Origin: Malacoraja senta
Lineage: Eukaryota
NCBI GenBank assembly: GCA_038087875.1
Contig: CM075997.1
Location: 8,248,001-8,312,000 of the forward strand
Direction of reading: 5' to 3'
DNA: 64,000 nt
In this document: positions 13,374 to 26,426 of the stretch, piece after piece
Numbering within the stretch: the stretch's first letter is position 1
How the letters are laid out: every line of letters begins with the position of its first letter
Notes under the pieces: generated by a model
The model's input: the letters and a program-made list of their open reading frames with translations, nothing else
Database searches by the model: none
Told to the model about the DNA's origin: nothing
Position numbers and translations under genes: made by a program

Positions 13374-14700
13374 AGCCGTAGTATTCTCAATCTGTCCTGA
13401 ACATGCACATTTTTCATATTAGAACAATAAGCTTTAAGCCCATTAAACTTTCCTAAAAGCTCTAGGTAATTGCTACCTTGTTCTTCGAGCAAAGGTACTT
13501 CCTCCACATTCCATCTATCTCCACAGCTGGAAACAGTATTAGTAGCGCCCCAACCTAGAGCACTTACATCGGTCTGTAGAATAATGGAAGGTGTTTCAAC
13601 CAGAATATCTCTGGAAGCATTAGAGACACTGCTAATCCACCATTCTATTTCAGTAATAGCTGCAATTGGCAATTGCATGGGCCTGTCAAAATGCCCTGAA
13701 TGAATCCTTAATGCATGTAAATTTGCTCGCTGCAAATGCTGATAATGCAGTGGTCCAAACTGTACAGCTGGAAAAGAAGCAATTCATTTGCCCAGCAAGC
13801 TTGCTACCTGCCTAATTGAGGGTTGGTGCTGTGTCATGAGCCTAATGCAACCTTCAATTAATTGCAGCCTTTTATCCTTGGGCAAAGTCACTACCATGTG
13901 TTCTGAATTAATGGTAAAACCCAAGTAATCAATTTCTGTGCTTGGTAATAGTTTGGATTTATCTGGGTGGATAATGAATCCCAGCCTCTCGAAAGTGAGC
14001 TTAATTCTTGACACTGACGCTTCTGTTGTAGCCAAAGTGTCTCCCACATCCAAATAGGCCGTTAGTAAATGGCCTGAGCTCTAAGTAGTGCTAAGATTGG
14101 TTTTAACAATTTGGTAAATAGTCTTGGAGCTGAAGTTAAACCATTAGGCAATGCTTTAAATTGCCATAATTGACTCATCCATCTAAATTTAAGTATCTCC
14201 GATCATTACCATGGACAGCCGCAGAGTAATATGCATCTCGAAGATCTATGCTAGCCATATAGCATTTTCTTGAAATTAGCTGTATGGCATTGGCAAATGT
14301 CTCCATTTCAAAATGTTTATACTGTACAAAAGGGTTAAGACTTGTCAGATCTAGAATAATTCTACACCCACCATCCTTTTCTGGTCTAGAAAAAATACTT
14401 GACACAAATTGATGGTGTTGGTCAACTGACTTCACTATTGCACTTTTTTTCACAATATTTCAAGTTCTGCCTGAATCTGCATATTCTCTTCTTTTGAGAA
14501 AATACGTGTCCGGCATGAAATATGCTGAGGAGGAGGATCCAAATGTGGATAGAATTCAATTCCAAATCCCACAATACTGCACAATATAAACGCATCAGTT
14601 GTTATTTGTTGCCATTCTTTAAGGAAGAATTGTAATCTCCCTCCAACTTGTGACTGTGAAACATTTAATATGTCTCTTACCGGACCAGACCCACCTACCT
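13374..14700 (-). pseudogene. DIRS reverse transcriptase / RNase H N-terminus (fragmented)
   Basis: VGGRLQFFLKEW, KDGGCRIILDLTSLN, SIDLRDAYY, GFIIHPDKSKL, LQTDVSALGWGA, NYLEL. Confidence 0.88.
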
Positions 14701-15011
14701 CGGGGTTTGCCGATGGCAAATGTTGTCCCCTGCTCTTATTGGGAATACTGTAACCTCCACGCGTCCCAGGAGCAGTGCGCCAATAACGCATATATGGGAA
14801 AGACCGGCTTGTTCCTTCTCCGGCCCCAGACACCATACGTCGGTAGGGAAACTGTCTTCGAGTTGATCTGCCAAGCACCGGTGGTTTCATCATCCCCACG
14901 GTTTTTGCTTCCTCATTCAGGTCTTTTACCCTGGCTAGATTCTCTCCAAAAAGCAGGTTAGGCAATTGAATATTAGATGGTTTACAGAGCCCCGCAAACT
15001 TAGGGTGAATG

Positions 15012-15956
15012 TTAGGTCTTATAGGGTCTTATAGCACTTTTACGAATACAGTTTATTTCAAAGTGCGCACTACACATGAGTGCTAAGGCATCCTGTTGTG
15101 ATGCAGACACATGCTCCTCATCCAAGCCTCTGGCGAAAACCGTAATGCCTGACCCCAGCAATTTCAACACCCGTTGTAATTTCATTTCTTGTGCGCGTAC
15201 TCCAATGCCCAAATAGCCCCATATTACGTTATTCACCGCTGGGACTGCTAGTAGTGCGCAATTCCGCGGGGTTTCATATTTTTTGACAGTCTCATCCATG
15301 GTTAATTCATAGAGCTGATGGGAGAGCAAGTAATTTATAGTCATTGTTAATTCATCTCCCAATGGTTCCCCCGTTAGTCTGGGAACAGCAAACATTTGTG
15401 CCAGACCTGGTATTTTAGGCTCTGTGATTGGGCTCTGGTCCTCATATGATTCGTCATCTGAATCTGGCTGTTCCTCCTCATGATGGGGGAGATATGGCAT
15501 CCCTGGTTCAGGTATTTCTAGCGCTGCCTCTCCCATAGGCCTATGCATAGTAAACTCTTTACCAGGTTCTCCCCGCGCGGGCTCTCCTGTAGGCCCACGC
15601 ATAGACAGCCCTCTTTCAGGTGCGGCTGGCGCTGGCACTCCTGTAGGCCAACGCATATACTGCCTTTGTTCAGGCATTTCTGGCGCTGGCTCTCCTGTAG
15701 GCCAACCCATATACTGCCTTTGTTCAGGCATTTCTGGCGCTGGCTCTCCTGTAGGCCAACGCTGTGCCCGACCCATCCAAGGCACTCCCTGCGCTGGCTC
15801 TCCCGTAGGCCAACGCGGGCTATATTCCTCCTGTAGAGGTTCTTGATAAATCATCTTCCCCATGAGGAATTTTAAACTAGCGACCCGAGCAGCCATAACG
15901 TCTGACTGAGGAGGGTTAACCTCCGGGTCTGACTCCTCAGAGTCTACTGGTCGCAC
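15012..15956 (-). pseudogene. DIRS ORF1 (gag-like)
   Basis: Position upstream of RT; motif YETPRNCALLAVPAVNNVIW. Continues in another frame into LLFGENL (14965). Confidence 0.75.
15492..15815 (-). repeat. 54-bp coding tandem repeat, about 6 units (RWPTGEPAPEMPEQRQYM) in DIRS ORF1
   Basis: Visible in DNA (CTGGCTCTCCTGTAGGCCAAC recurring every 54 nt) and in the translation. Confidence 0.9.
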
Positions 15957-16346
15957 GGAATTTTGCCCGGCCTTGCACCCTAATGGCGCTGTAACGGTAC
16001 TTTATACCGCATCTGGAGTTAATGGCCTCGCTGCCACCGACTCATCAAACGGGCGCCCGCTACCCTCAGACCCGCGGTCTTCTTGAGGTTTACCTGCGGT
16101 ACGTCTCCTCCCTTTACGCCCTCTCTCCATTCTAACGTGTATTGTGCCCCAACTACAAGTCTACTCGGAGGAAAGCGACCTGAAAACGAAAGTGAAACCA
16201 TTTACCTTCAGGCTTTTACACTTACCGCTTGGAGGAGCTTTGCTCCACCAACACCGGTCGCTACGCTATGCGTCTGACGATATATCGCGTGTGCGGCTGG
16301 ACGGGCTCTTCTTCACGTAGTCACTCACGTGACTCTGAAGTAAAAT

Positions 16347-16468
16347 GCGACAATACCTCATCACCGATCCGGATAAAGCATTCAAGTTTGCCCAAGACAT
16401 TGCGGCTTCCGTCAAGGAAATGTAACTGTGCCTGCGAGTTTATGTGGTGATGCCAACCAAGAGGGTTA
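16347..16468 (+). mobile_element. L1 copy b ORF1 C-terminus resuming after DIRS
   Basis: Reads RQYLITDPDKAFKFAQDIAASVKEM*, which follows naturally after LRVTYN with a small frameshift. Confidence 0.7.
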
Positions 16469-19400
16469 TGTAAAGACTTGTCAAACACGTAGTGTCTTCA
16501 CTCTTAGTTTATTGCATACATTGTAGTCGTATACACACATATTGCCCTAGCTGTTCGTGGTCCGTTACCGGAGCTAGAGAGCGAGCTGGGGGTGGGAAGG
16601 TTACAATTATACTGAAGATAATGGGGAGTGGCTAGTAGTGGTGAGGTCATTATGTTAAAGGAACATGCATTGATCTACATCCTTCGCCTTGGAAAGGGAA
16701 ACATTACAATGATGACAGTGAGACCACGACTCATATGCTAGACACAAACCCGCGCGTACATCGTCAGGAAAAAACTTGAAACATTCAAGCAAACTCCCCG
16801 TAACGTTCCGGCGGCTTAACGAGACGCCCGGAGCGGGTACGCAGCCCGCCTTCCCCCCCCCCCCTCCGATGGAAGAGCAGGTACAGGAGCAGGAGGGGTG
16901 AGAGGAGAATGAGCAGGAGAGGGAGGACGAGGAGACCGGGGAGGAGAAACGGGCACCGCAACGGGCACGCGGGCGGGAGAGGTATGATGGGGGGGGGGGG
17001 GGGGGCAGGAGGAGCAGTGGGAGAACGGGGCACCAAGGGTTGCAAGGGCAGAGTCCTGGGCATGGGAGGAGATGTGGGCGAAGAGGTGGCAACCGGGGGA
17101 GCAAAAGGGGCTGCGGGAGGCGGAGCGGGCTCGTTAACCGGCAGCAAATGCTGGCGGGACCGGCGGTAGATGGTGCCCTCGTAGTCAACAAGGTAAGAGC
17201 GCGGAGAGTCTGCAAAGTCGATGACAACAGCCAAGCGGTGGTGTCCGGAGGGGGACTGCATCCGGACGACCTGGCCCTTGAAGAGGGGCTGAAGGGGACG
17301 GCATGATTTGTCGTGGGAGCGCTTCTGGACGGCCTGTTTCTGGGTAATGCGCTCCTGGACAGCAGCAGGGCTGCGGACTGCGGGCTATAGGGATCGCTGG
17401 GAGACAGGGATCGGAGGGCGTGTGGTGCGGGACATGAGCCGCTGAGCGGGCGAGCCCATGGCATGGTCGCGACAAATATTTCGGAGATTCAGTAGAGCCA
17501 GATAAAAATCAGAATGCGATAGTCTGCACTGCTCCAACAGCTCCTTGGCACTACGGACGGCGCGCTCTGCAAGGCCGTTGCTCTGCGGGTATTCACAGCT
17601 GCTGGTGATGTGGCGAAAGTTATAGGCGGCGGCGAAGGCGCGGAACTCAGCACTCGAGAACTGGCCCCCGTTGTCAGACAGCACAGTCACTGGAATGCCA
17701 AAGGTCCCAAAGTTGCGTTTCAGCTTCCCGATGATAGCAGCAGAAGTGAGGGAGTGCAGACGCTCAACCTCGAACCAGCTGGAGTAGGAGTCGACAAGGA
17801 CCAGGAAATGTTTGCCACGCCACTCAAATATGTCCGTAGCGACCGCCATCCACGCCAGGGCGGGGGCAGGCTGTTGCAGGAGTGGCTGGCGTTGCTGGTG
17901 GGGAGAGAGGGTATTGCTGGTTGAGCAGGCGTGGACCCTATCCCGGATGTTCTGTGCCATGCCGAGCCAATAAAATTGGCTCTGGGCCTGGGACAGGGTG
18001 GCATCGGATCCGGGATGGCCGCTGTGGGCAGTTTGGAAGTAGTGGTCCCGCAGTGCAGTAGGCACCACAACCTTGTGGCCCTTCACCACCACGCCGTCAT
18101 GCAGCACAAGTTCATCCCGGACTAGGAAGTAGGGCGCAGCACCAGCCGGCAAGGATGAGCGACGGTCAGGCCAGCCACGACGGATGACCTCTACAAGCTG
18201 TTGCAGGGCAGGATCATTGGCAGTGTGGTGAATCAGGGACAGCATCTGCTGGGAAGGCACAAAGTTAACGTTTAGTACCATCAGGTCGGATGATTCGTAC
18301 GGGTGGCGGGCAGTAGAAGCCAGCGGTGCGCGGGATAGCGTGTCGGCCACAAACATGTCCTTGCCCTTTCGGTACACGATTTGAAACGTGAAGCGTTGGA
18401 GCTGCAGCATCATACGCTGCAAACGGGAAGAAGCCACGTGGATCGGTTCGTTCAAGATCGTGACCAGCGGTTTCAATAGTGAAAGTGTTACCCAGAATGT
18501 AGTCCTTGAACTTCGAGCAGGCAAACACCACGGCAAGGGGCTCCTTCTCGATCTGAGCGTAGCGTTGCTCGGTAGGGGTCATAGTGCGGGAGGCGTAGGA
18601 GACAGGTAGTTGCAGGCGGTCGTAGATTTGCAGGCAGGCGGCACCGAGACCGAAACTTGAGGCATCGCAGGTAAGGACGATGGGGCGTTTTAAATCGAAG
18701 AACTTTAGAGTGGGGGTGCGAACCAGCCGGGATTTTAAGTCATCGAAGGCTGCCTGATGCAGCGGGTACCAAACCCAGGCAGTGTCCTTCTTGGTCAGTT
18801 CCCTCAGGGGCGCACTCAGCTCGCTGAGGTCGGGAATGAATTTCCCCAGGTAGTTCACCATGCCCAAGAAGCGCTGCCGGCTGGGCACGTTGACCGGAGC
18901 TGGCATCCCAGAGACCGCAGCTGTCTTCTGTGGGTCTGGTTTTAGACCCTCAGCCGTAAAAACGTGGCCCACGTAGGTGACCTCCGGGACGCGGAAGCGG
19001 CACTTCTTGGGGTTCAGTTTGAGGTTGATCTCACGAGCCCGATCCAGGACTTGGCGGAGGTGGAGGTCGTGCTCAACGACGGCTCTCCCGTACACCAAGA
19101 TGTCATCGACGATGATAGCACACGGCAGATGAGAAAATAGCTGCTCCATGGTGCGCTGGAAAACCTCGCTGGCAGAATTGATACCGAAAGGCATGCGGAG
19201 GAAACGGAACCTGCCGAAAGGTGTACCAAACGTGGTCAGGAAGGATGAACGTTCATCCAGCGGAATCTGCCAGAAAGAGCTCTTGGCATCGAGGACAGAG
19301 AATACAGTGGCTGGGCCAACCTTTGCAGCGACATCCTCCACCGTTCGCATGGGGTAGTGCGGGCGTTTGATGTCAAGGTTTAGGACCTTGGGGTTTATAC

Positions 19401-21212
19401 AGATCCGAATCTCACTCTTGTCCTTCTTGGAAGCAACGACCATGGTGGAGACCCACCGGGTGGGATCACTCACCTCCTTGATGATGCCCACGGCCACCAT
19501 CTGGCGGAGAGTCGACTCCACCCTGTCCTTCATAGCAAAGGAGACGCGGTGAGCCGGGCGGACTACCGGATGGACCTCCGCGTCCACCTCGATTTCGTAC
19601 TTGCAGGGTAGTTTGCCCAATACATCGTCAAAACGGTCGGGGTATTCGCACATGGGATCCATGGGGGTCTGCACCAGGTGGATATCGCGGTGGAAGGAAA
19701 ACCAAACCGAGGTCCTGGCACGCACTGGCGCCCAACAGAGTAACATTCTCAGATTCCAGCAGGAGGAAAGAGAGGGGCCGAGAGGCCTTCAGAACTGTGC
19801 AGATAAGGGTTGCATTGCCGACCGGAAATAGCACGCTCCCCCCATATGCGTGGAGGCGGGAGTCGTCAGCAGTAACATTCTCACCAGATCTTATCTGCTG
19901 AAAGAGGCTTAACGACATAACATTTGCAAACGCCCCCGTGTCGACGTTCGCAGGAAAGGTCTTTCCATTCAAAGTAACTCGAACTGATGGATCAGCTATC
20001 AAAGCATGTGCACCCAAGACTGAAAAAACACGCGATTCATCATGGGTGGAACTGGTATCAGAATCAGGGAGTTCGTCTGAAAGGTATTCGGAGCAATAAA
20101 CACTATCAGTCACAGTCAGGTTGTGTAGACTCCTTCTCGGAGCAGGGACAGGCTGGCCCCTGGAACGGCACACTGCGGAGAAGTGATTAAGCTTCTTACA
20201 GAAATTACAAGTCTTACCCAGCGCAGGGCAAACATTAAATTGATGGCTGACGAAGTTGCAGTTTGGGCATCGACGAGGGTTGTCCCTCGCGGGCGCGGGA
20301 GTGCTACGCTGGCGTGGCGGGCCATCGCGCCGCGGGCGTTCAGCAGTACCGGCATAGTGAATGTCCTGAGCCTCAGGGGGAGATATGGAGTCGACAGCAG
20401 CAGCCATGCGAGAGGCATGCAAAGCTTCGATTAAAGTGAGGTCTGGCTTTCTCAGAAGCTCTGCCCGTAGCCTCACGTCATGTAGACCGTGAACTAGGAC
20501 ATCTCTGACCATTTGGTCGCGGGTCAACGCGTCCAGGCGGCAACGCCGAGCCAGGTGACGCAACGATGCAATGAAGGTGTCGATGTGCTCCCCGGGTTTC
20601 TGGCGCCTGCTGAAAAACTTGAACCGCTCTATAATGCAATTGGTGGGAATGTCACACAGCGCGGCAAATTTATTCGTTAGACATATCGGGTCCTCTGCAT
20701 TCTCACCATCGGCGTACTCGAAAGATTCAAAACGTTCCATGGCCTCCGGGCCAGCCAGGTTGAGGAGCAGATGTGCTGTAACCGCAGGGGTAGCATTAGG
20801 ATGAGCGATGGCGACATAGTGCTGGAAGTCGTGCCGGAAGACAGTCCACCGGTGAACGATGTCGGAGTCAAACACCAGAACGTCAGGCTTACGACACGAG
20901 CTGGCCATAGTACATAAAGGGTTTGAAAGGAAAATAAAAACTTGGAGAGAACAAAACAAACCCGTTAGTCAGGAGACGCAGGGTTCAACTTTGTGACACC
21001 ATGTAAAGACTTGTCAAACACGTAGTGTCCTCACTCTTAGTTTATTGCATACAATGTAGTCGTACACACACATATTGCCCTAGCTGTTCGTGGTCCGTTA
21101 CCGGAGCTAGAGAGCGAGCTGGGGGTGGGAAGGTTACAATTATACTGAAGATAATGGGGAGTGGTTAGTAGTGGTGAGGTCATTATGTTAAAGGAACATG
21201 CATTGATCTACA
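16469..21212 (-). mobile_element. Complete Gypsy/Ty3 LTR retrotransposon (copy 1)
   Basis: 211-bp TG...CA LTRs at 16469-16679 and 21002-21212 (4 mismatches by eye). TSD GGTTA at 16464-16468 and 21213-21217. PBS TGGTGTCA and PPT AAGGCGAAGGA on the minus strand. Confidence 0.96.
16785..20908 (-). pseudogene. Gypsy gag-pol polyprotein (two frameshifts, one premature stop at 17385)
   Basis: CNFCKKLNHFSAVC zinc knuckle, VDTGA protease, LDAKSSFWQ and IVDD RT motifs, TCDAS/YAQIEKE RNase H, VDSYS/SDNG/PQSNGLAER integrase, RTRSGR tail. Confidence 0.93.
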
Positions 21213-21419
21213 GGTTACACTGTGTTTACACTGAATTTATACTGTGTCTTTAAGTTACTTATAGTGTATCCAGTTATACTGTGGTTATGATTACGGTTAG
21301 GGTTTATACCGTGTTTACAATTCATCTATATTGTATGCATTTATACTGTAGTTATAATTAATACGTTGTTATAAAGCTGCCGACACAGAGTCGGTTAATA
21401 CGTCAAACACAGAATTTGA

Positions 21420-21785
21420 GAGATCGAGTGACAGAGAGAGAAGGAGTAAGGTAGAAAGGGGGGGGGGTGGGGGTAGAGTAGTAGAGAGAGAGAAGGAGAG
21501 GGAGGGAGAGGGAGCGAGGGAGTTATAAAGAGAGTTAATGTAAGCGAGAGCTAGTTAGAGAAAGTTGTGGAAAGTTTTGGGAGAGCAGGGAGGGATGGGG
21601 CAAAGCGAGAGGGGCAGGGAGAAGGAAAGAGAGAGATACGGGTTGGGCAATTGTTGGGAAGTGTTGAGCAAGTTTTGGTAAGTTTTGGGGAAGGTTAGAG
21701 ATTGAATCGGAATGCGTTGGAAAGGTTGTGGGTCGCAGAGGGAGGCAGAGGGATGCAGAGAAGGAGGGAGAGAGAGAGAGAGGGT
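21420..21785. repeat. Purine (GA/G)-rich low-complexity tract in the L1 inter-ORF region
   Basis: Runs of GAGA and GGGG, strongly purine-biased. Confidence 0.75.
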
Positions 21786-22069
21786 GCTTTGTCTATGTAA
21801 ACTTCATTTGTAATCAATAAGTTGCCATAAGTTCACCGACTTTGAACGGTTAATAGCTTAACACAGTACAATCAGACAGTTATGTAATAAGTAACATATA
21901 TTAGTCTAATTATCCAACATGTAACTACTTAATTAGAGTACAATAAGATACTCAACCTCTTCGGAACGCTGGTCCCTTGACGGATTTATAGATAGTTTTT
22001 TTGTGGTCTGTTCTGTTTAGTGTTTATTAACTCCTTAAGGAGCGGAGTTACTTGTTCTCTTTCTTCCGA

Positions 22070-22254
22070 AGCAAGAGGAACTGCAATCCTAATTCGCAAA
22101 GGTATATCATTTAAACACAAATCCACTATAGCCGATAAGGAAGGTAGGTACATTATACTACCCGGGGAACTACACTCAACCCCACTAACTATGGTGAACA
22201 TGTATGCTCCTAATTTCTATAACCCACAATTCTTTAATAAAATATTTAATATAA
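22070..22254 (+). mobile_element. L1 ORF2 endonuclease fragment (probably copy b continuing)
   Basis: ARGTAILIRKG, DKEGRYII, VNMYAPN. Confidence 0.85.
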
Positions 22255-24093
22255 TGGGAAACATATTCTGTAAAAGACTGGGAAACACATTCTGTAAAAG
22301 GGCTGGATGGTTTGGAGTTTGTAAAATGTGTGCAGGCTAGTTTTTTGCAGCAATACATAGAGGTACCTACTAGAGAAGGGGCAGTGCTGGACCTCCTGCT
22401 ATGAAATGAGACAGGGCAGGAGGCGGAGGTATGCGTTGTGGAGCACTTCGTGTCCAGTGATCACAATACCATTAGTTTAAATATAATTATGGAGAGGGTC
22501 AGAACTGGACCTAGGGTTAAGATTTTTGATTGGAGAAAGGCTAACTTTGAGGAGATGCGAAAGGATTTAAAAGGAGTGAATTGGAACATGTTGTTTTATG
22601 GGAAGGATGCAGAAGAGAAATGGAAGACATTTAAAGGTGATATTTTAAGAGTACTGAAACTCTATGTCCCTGTTCGGTTGAAAGGAAATAGGAAAATTGG
22701 AAAGAGCCATGGTTTTCAAGGGAAATTGGACACTTGGTTCGGAACAAGAGAGAGAGCTACAATAATAATAGGCAGCATGGAGTAAATGAGGTGCTTGAGG
22801 AGTATAAAGAATGTAAAAAGAATATTAAGAAAAAAATTAGAAAAGCTAAAAGAATATATGAGGTTGCTTTGGCAAGTAAGGTGAATGTAATCCATAGGGA
22901 TACTACAGCTATATTAATAGCAATCGGATAACAAGGAATACAATTGGTCCATTAGAGAATCACAGTGGACAGCTATCTGCAGAGCCAAAAGAGATGGGGG
23001 AGGTATTGAACAATTTCTTTTCTTCGGTATTCACCAATGAGAAGGATATTGAATTATGTGAGGTAAGGGAAACAAGCAGAGTAGCAATGGAAAATATGAG
23101 ATTCAAAGAAGAGGAGGTGTGAAAACTTTTGAAAAATATGAAAACGGATAAGTCTCCAGGTCCTGACAGGATATTCCCTCGGACATTGAGGGAAGTTAGT
23201 GTAGAAATAGCAGGGGCTATGACAGATATATTTGAAATGTCATTAGAAACCGGAATAGTGCCGGAGGATTGGCGTACTCCGCATGTTGTTCCGTTGTTTT
23301 AAAAGGGTTCCAAGAGGAAACCAAGCAATTATAGACATATTAGGTTGACGTCAGTGTTGGGCAAATTAATGGAAAGGGTACTTAGAGATAATATATATAA
23401 GCATCTGGATAAGCAGGGTCTGATTAGGAACAGTCAACATGGATTTGTGCCTGTTTGACTAATCTTCTTGAATTTATCGAAGCGGTTACTAGGGAAATTG
23501 ATGAGGGTAAAGCCGTGGATGTTTTCTATATGGACTTCAGTAAGGCCTTTGACAAGGTTCCTCATGGAAGGTTGGTTAAGAAGATTCAATTGTTGGGTAT
23601 TAATGGTGGAGTAGCAAGATGCATTCAACAGTGGCTGAATGGGAGATGCCAGAGAGTAATGGTGGATGGTTGTTTGTCAGGTTGGAGGCCGGTGACTGGT
23701 GGGGTGCCTCAGGTGTCTGTGTTGTGTCCACTGTTGTTTGTCATGTACTTCAATGATCTGGATGATGGTGTGGAAAATTGGATTAGTAAGTATGCATATG
23801 ATACTAAGATAGGTGGTGTTGTGGATAATGAAGTAGATTTTCAAAGTCTACAGAGAGATTTAGGCCATTTGGAAGAGTGGGCTGAAAGATGGCAGATGGA
23901 GTTTAATGCTGATAAATGTGAGGTGCTACATCTTTGCAGGACAAATCAAAATAGGACGTACATGTTAGATGGTAGGGAAGTGTGGAATGCAGTTGAATAG
24001 AGGGATCTAGGAATAAATGTGCATAGTTCCCTGAAGGTGGAATCTCATGTAGATAGGGTGGTAAAGAAAGCTTTTGTTGTGCTGGCCTTTATA
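22255..24093 (+). mobile_element. CR1 internal fragment (ORF2), truncated at both ends
   Basis: ORFs 22438-22785 and 23455-24000 ([19 protein letters not shown]). Closely similar to 51935-54735. Confidence 0.9.
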
Positions 24094-24139
24094 AGTTTTT
24101 CCTCATCTCGGTCTTAAAGGATTTCCCCCTTATCCTTAA

Positions 24140-26426
24140 GCATTTGATCAGGTAGAATGGCAGTATTTATACATAGTATTACAAAAAATTAATATGGGAG
24201 AGAATTTTATTGCATGGGTGAAATTATTATATGATAAACCGATGGCAAGAATATTAACTGAAAGCATGTTATCTCAAAATTTTCAATAATCAAGGGGTAA
24301 TAGGCAGGGATGTGCTTTATCACCCCTGCTATTTGCCCTTATGATAGAACCTCTGGCTGAAAGTATAAGAAGCCATCCGAATATTCAGGGTTATAATACT
24401 AGGGACTCAAATAATAAAATGTCATTGTATGCAGACTATATTTTGTTATATATAACAAATTCACAAACGAGCATACCAAATTTATTAAATTTAATAGAGG
24501 AATTTGGATCCTTTTCAGGATATAGAATAAACTGGAACAAAAGTGAAATTATGACGTTAAAACCTCAAGAATCCACACACTTATTGAAATTCCCCTTTAA
24601 AATAGCAACAGAAACATTCAAATATCTGGGTATACAGATTACTAGAAAACATAAAGCTTTATTCAATGCTAATTTTATACCCTTAATAAATAAACTTAAT
24701 ATAATGATAAAATTTTGGAAAACACTCCCTTTATCATTAATAGGCAGAATAAATGCTATTAAAATGAGCTTCTCAGTTTATTATACCTATTTCAATCTAT
24801 ACCAGTATATGTACCAAAATATTTTTTTTCTAAACTCAACGCTAATATTACTAATTTTGTTTGGGATTACAAATCACATAGAATTAAAAAAGAACACTTA
24901 TGTAAACCAAAAGGTGTCGGGGGACTTTCACTCCCTAATTTTTTGTATTACTATTGGGCAATACATATTAAGAATATAATTTACTGGTTGGATAGTTCAA
25001 CTCAACAGACAGATTGGATAAAGATGGAGAAAGAGGATTGTTATCCTTGTAATATAGGAACAATCCTCTTCTCCCCGAAAAAAATGAACAATACAATATA
25101 TAAGAAAAACCCAATTAGACAAGATACAATAAGAATATGGAAACAAATAAAACTATCCTTAAAATTAAGAAACCTATCATTGTTAACACCGATAGCGAAT
25201 AATCCTTTATTTAAACCATCTATGATGAATAAAATATATAATCAATGGGAAAGTTTAGGAATTAAAAGGATCGGGGATATGTATGAAATGGGAGATTTAT
25301 TATCATTTCAACAATTACAATTACAATTTAAACTGAAAAACACTCATTATTTTAAATATTTTCAGATTTGTAATTTTTTGAAGACATACATACAGGGATA
25401 TCAAAAAATAACTCCTGATTTACTAGAAGAAGTAATGAATATAAAAGCTGATACACAAAAGTTAATATCATATTTATATAATAGTATCTTAAATATAGAT
25501 TTACCTGTGACCGAGGTAATTACAGAAGAGTGGGAACGGGAATTATTGATAAAAATTACGAAGGCTACATGGGAAAAGTATTTGACATACATTCACAAGT
25601 GTTCGATTAACGCAAGACATAATCTAATCCAATTAAAAATTTTACATAGATTATATTACTCAAAAACAAGATTAAATAAATTTTATCCAAATATATCGCC
25701 CATTTGCGATAAATGTTTAACCCAAGAAGCAACTGTAACACACTCTTTTGTTTCTTGTATAAAACGTCATGGATTTTGGAGTGATATTTTCGAAATATTT
25801 ACAAAACTATTTAAGACAAAAATGGAACCCAATAATGAATTGATTATATTTGGGGTAATGGAAGACGGGAACAAATTGAGCTCATCTCAAAAGTCAATTT
25901 TTAATTATGGTTTAATAATAGCAAAAATATTAATATTGAAATTTTGGAAAAATACACCAATACCAACGCTCAAAATGTGGATTGCAAGTATGTTGGATAC
26001 CGCACATCTTGAGGAAATGCGATTCCTCCTAATAGATAAATTTGACCAATTCATAACGAGTTGGTCTCCATTTGTCGTCTTTTTGGAAACGTATGGTGCA
26101 AAACAGGTGTAAAAGCTAATCCGTGACTGCGGATGGTCAAGATTATAAATGATCTCCTTCTATTTTCTTTTCTTCTCTTCTTTTCTTTTATTCTCTTTCT
26201 TCTATTTTCTATGTCTCAACTTTCTTTTTTCATTCTTTATTTTTCTTTTTCACACACTATATATCTCACATTTTTCTATTTTTCATTATCTAACTTTTTT
26301 CTTTTTCTTCTTTATTTCAATTTTTTTTTTAAATAAGAAGCTGTACATAAAAGGTATTATGTAAATATGATTGTATACAATTGTACTTACTTCTAATAAA
26401 ATAACATTAAAAAAAAAAAAGAAAAA
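24140..26426 (+). mobile_element. L1 ORF2 RT and C-terminal cysteine-rich domain, T-rich 3'UTR, polyA signal and tail
   Basis: AFDQVEW, RQGCALSPLLF, SLYADY, SGYRINWNKSE, CDKC..(H)SFVSC. AATAAA at 26395-26400, poly(A) at 26409-26426. Confidence 0.92.

Larger units (their letters stand above)
7976..16345 (-). mobile_element. Full-length DIRS1-type tyrosine-recombinase retrotransposon (decayed), containing a nested CR1 and a 95-bp Penelope-like insert
   Basis: Inverted terminal repeats (8044-8080 vs 16286-16322). Internal complementary region ~8196-8300 matches both termini. gag, RT, RNaseH, MT and YR ORF fragments occur in order. Confidence 0.93.

Noticed and set aside
17385..17400. Both Gypsy integrases appear to end at QRSL, suggesting programmed readthrough
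   Set aside because: Copy 2 has a sense codon there and is cut by a CR1 junction; the copy 1 TAG is most simply a nonsense mutation.
16655..17475. Pro/Ser-rich ORFs as a host or env gene
   Set aside because: Alternative frames of the Gypsy integrase C-terminal tail; no signal peptide or convincing TM-envelope layout.
26133..26364. Phe/Leu-rich ORFs as a transmembrane exon
   Set aside because: T-rich L1 3'UTR lying between the ORF2 stop and the poly(A).
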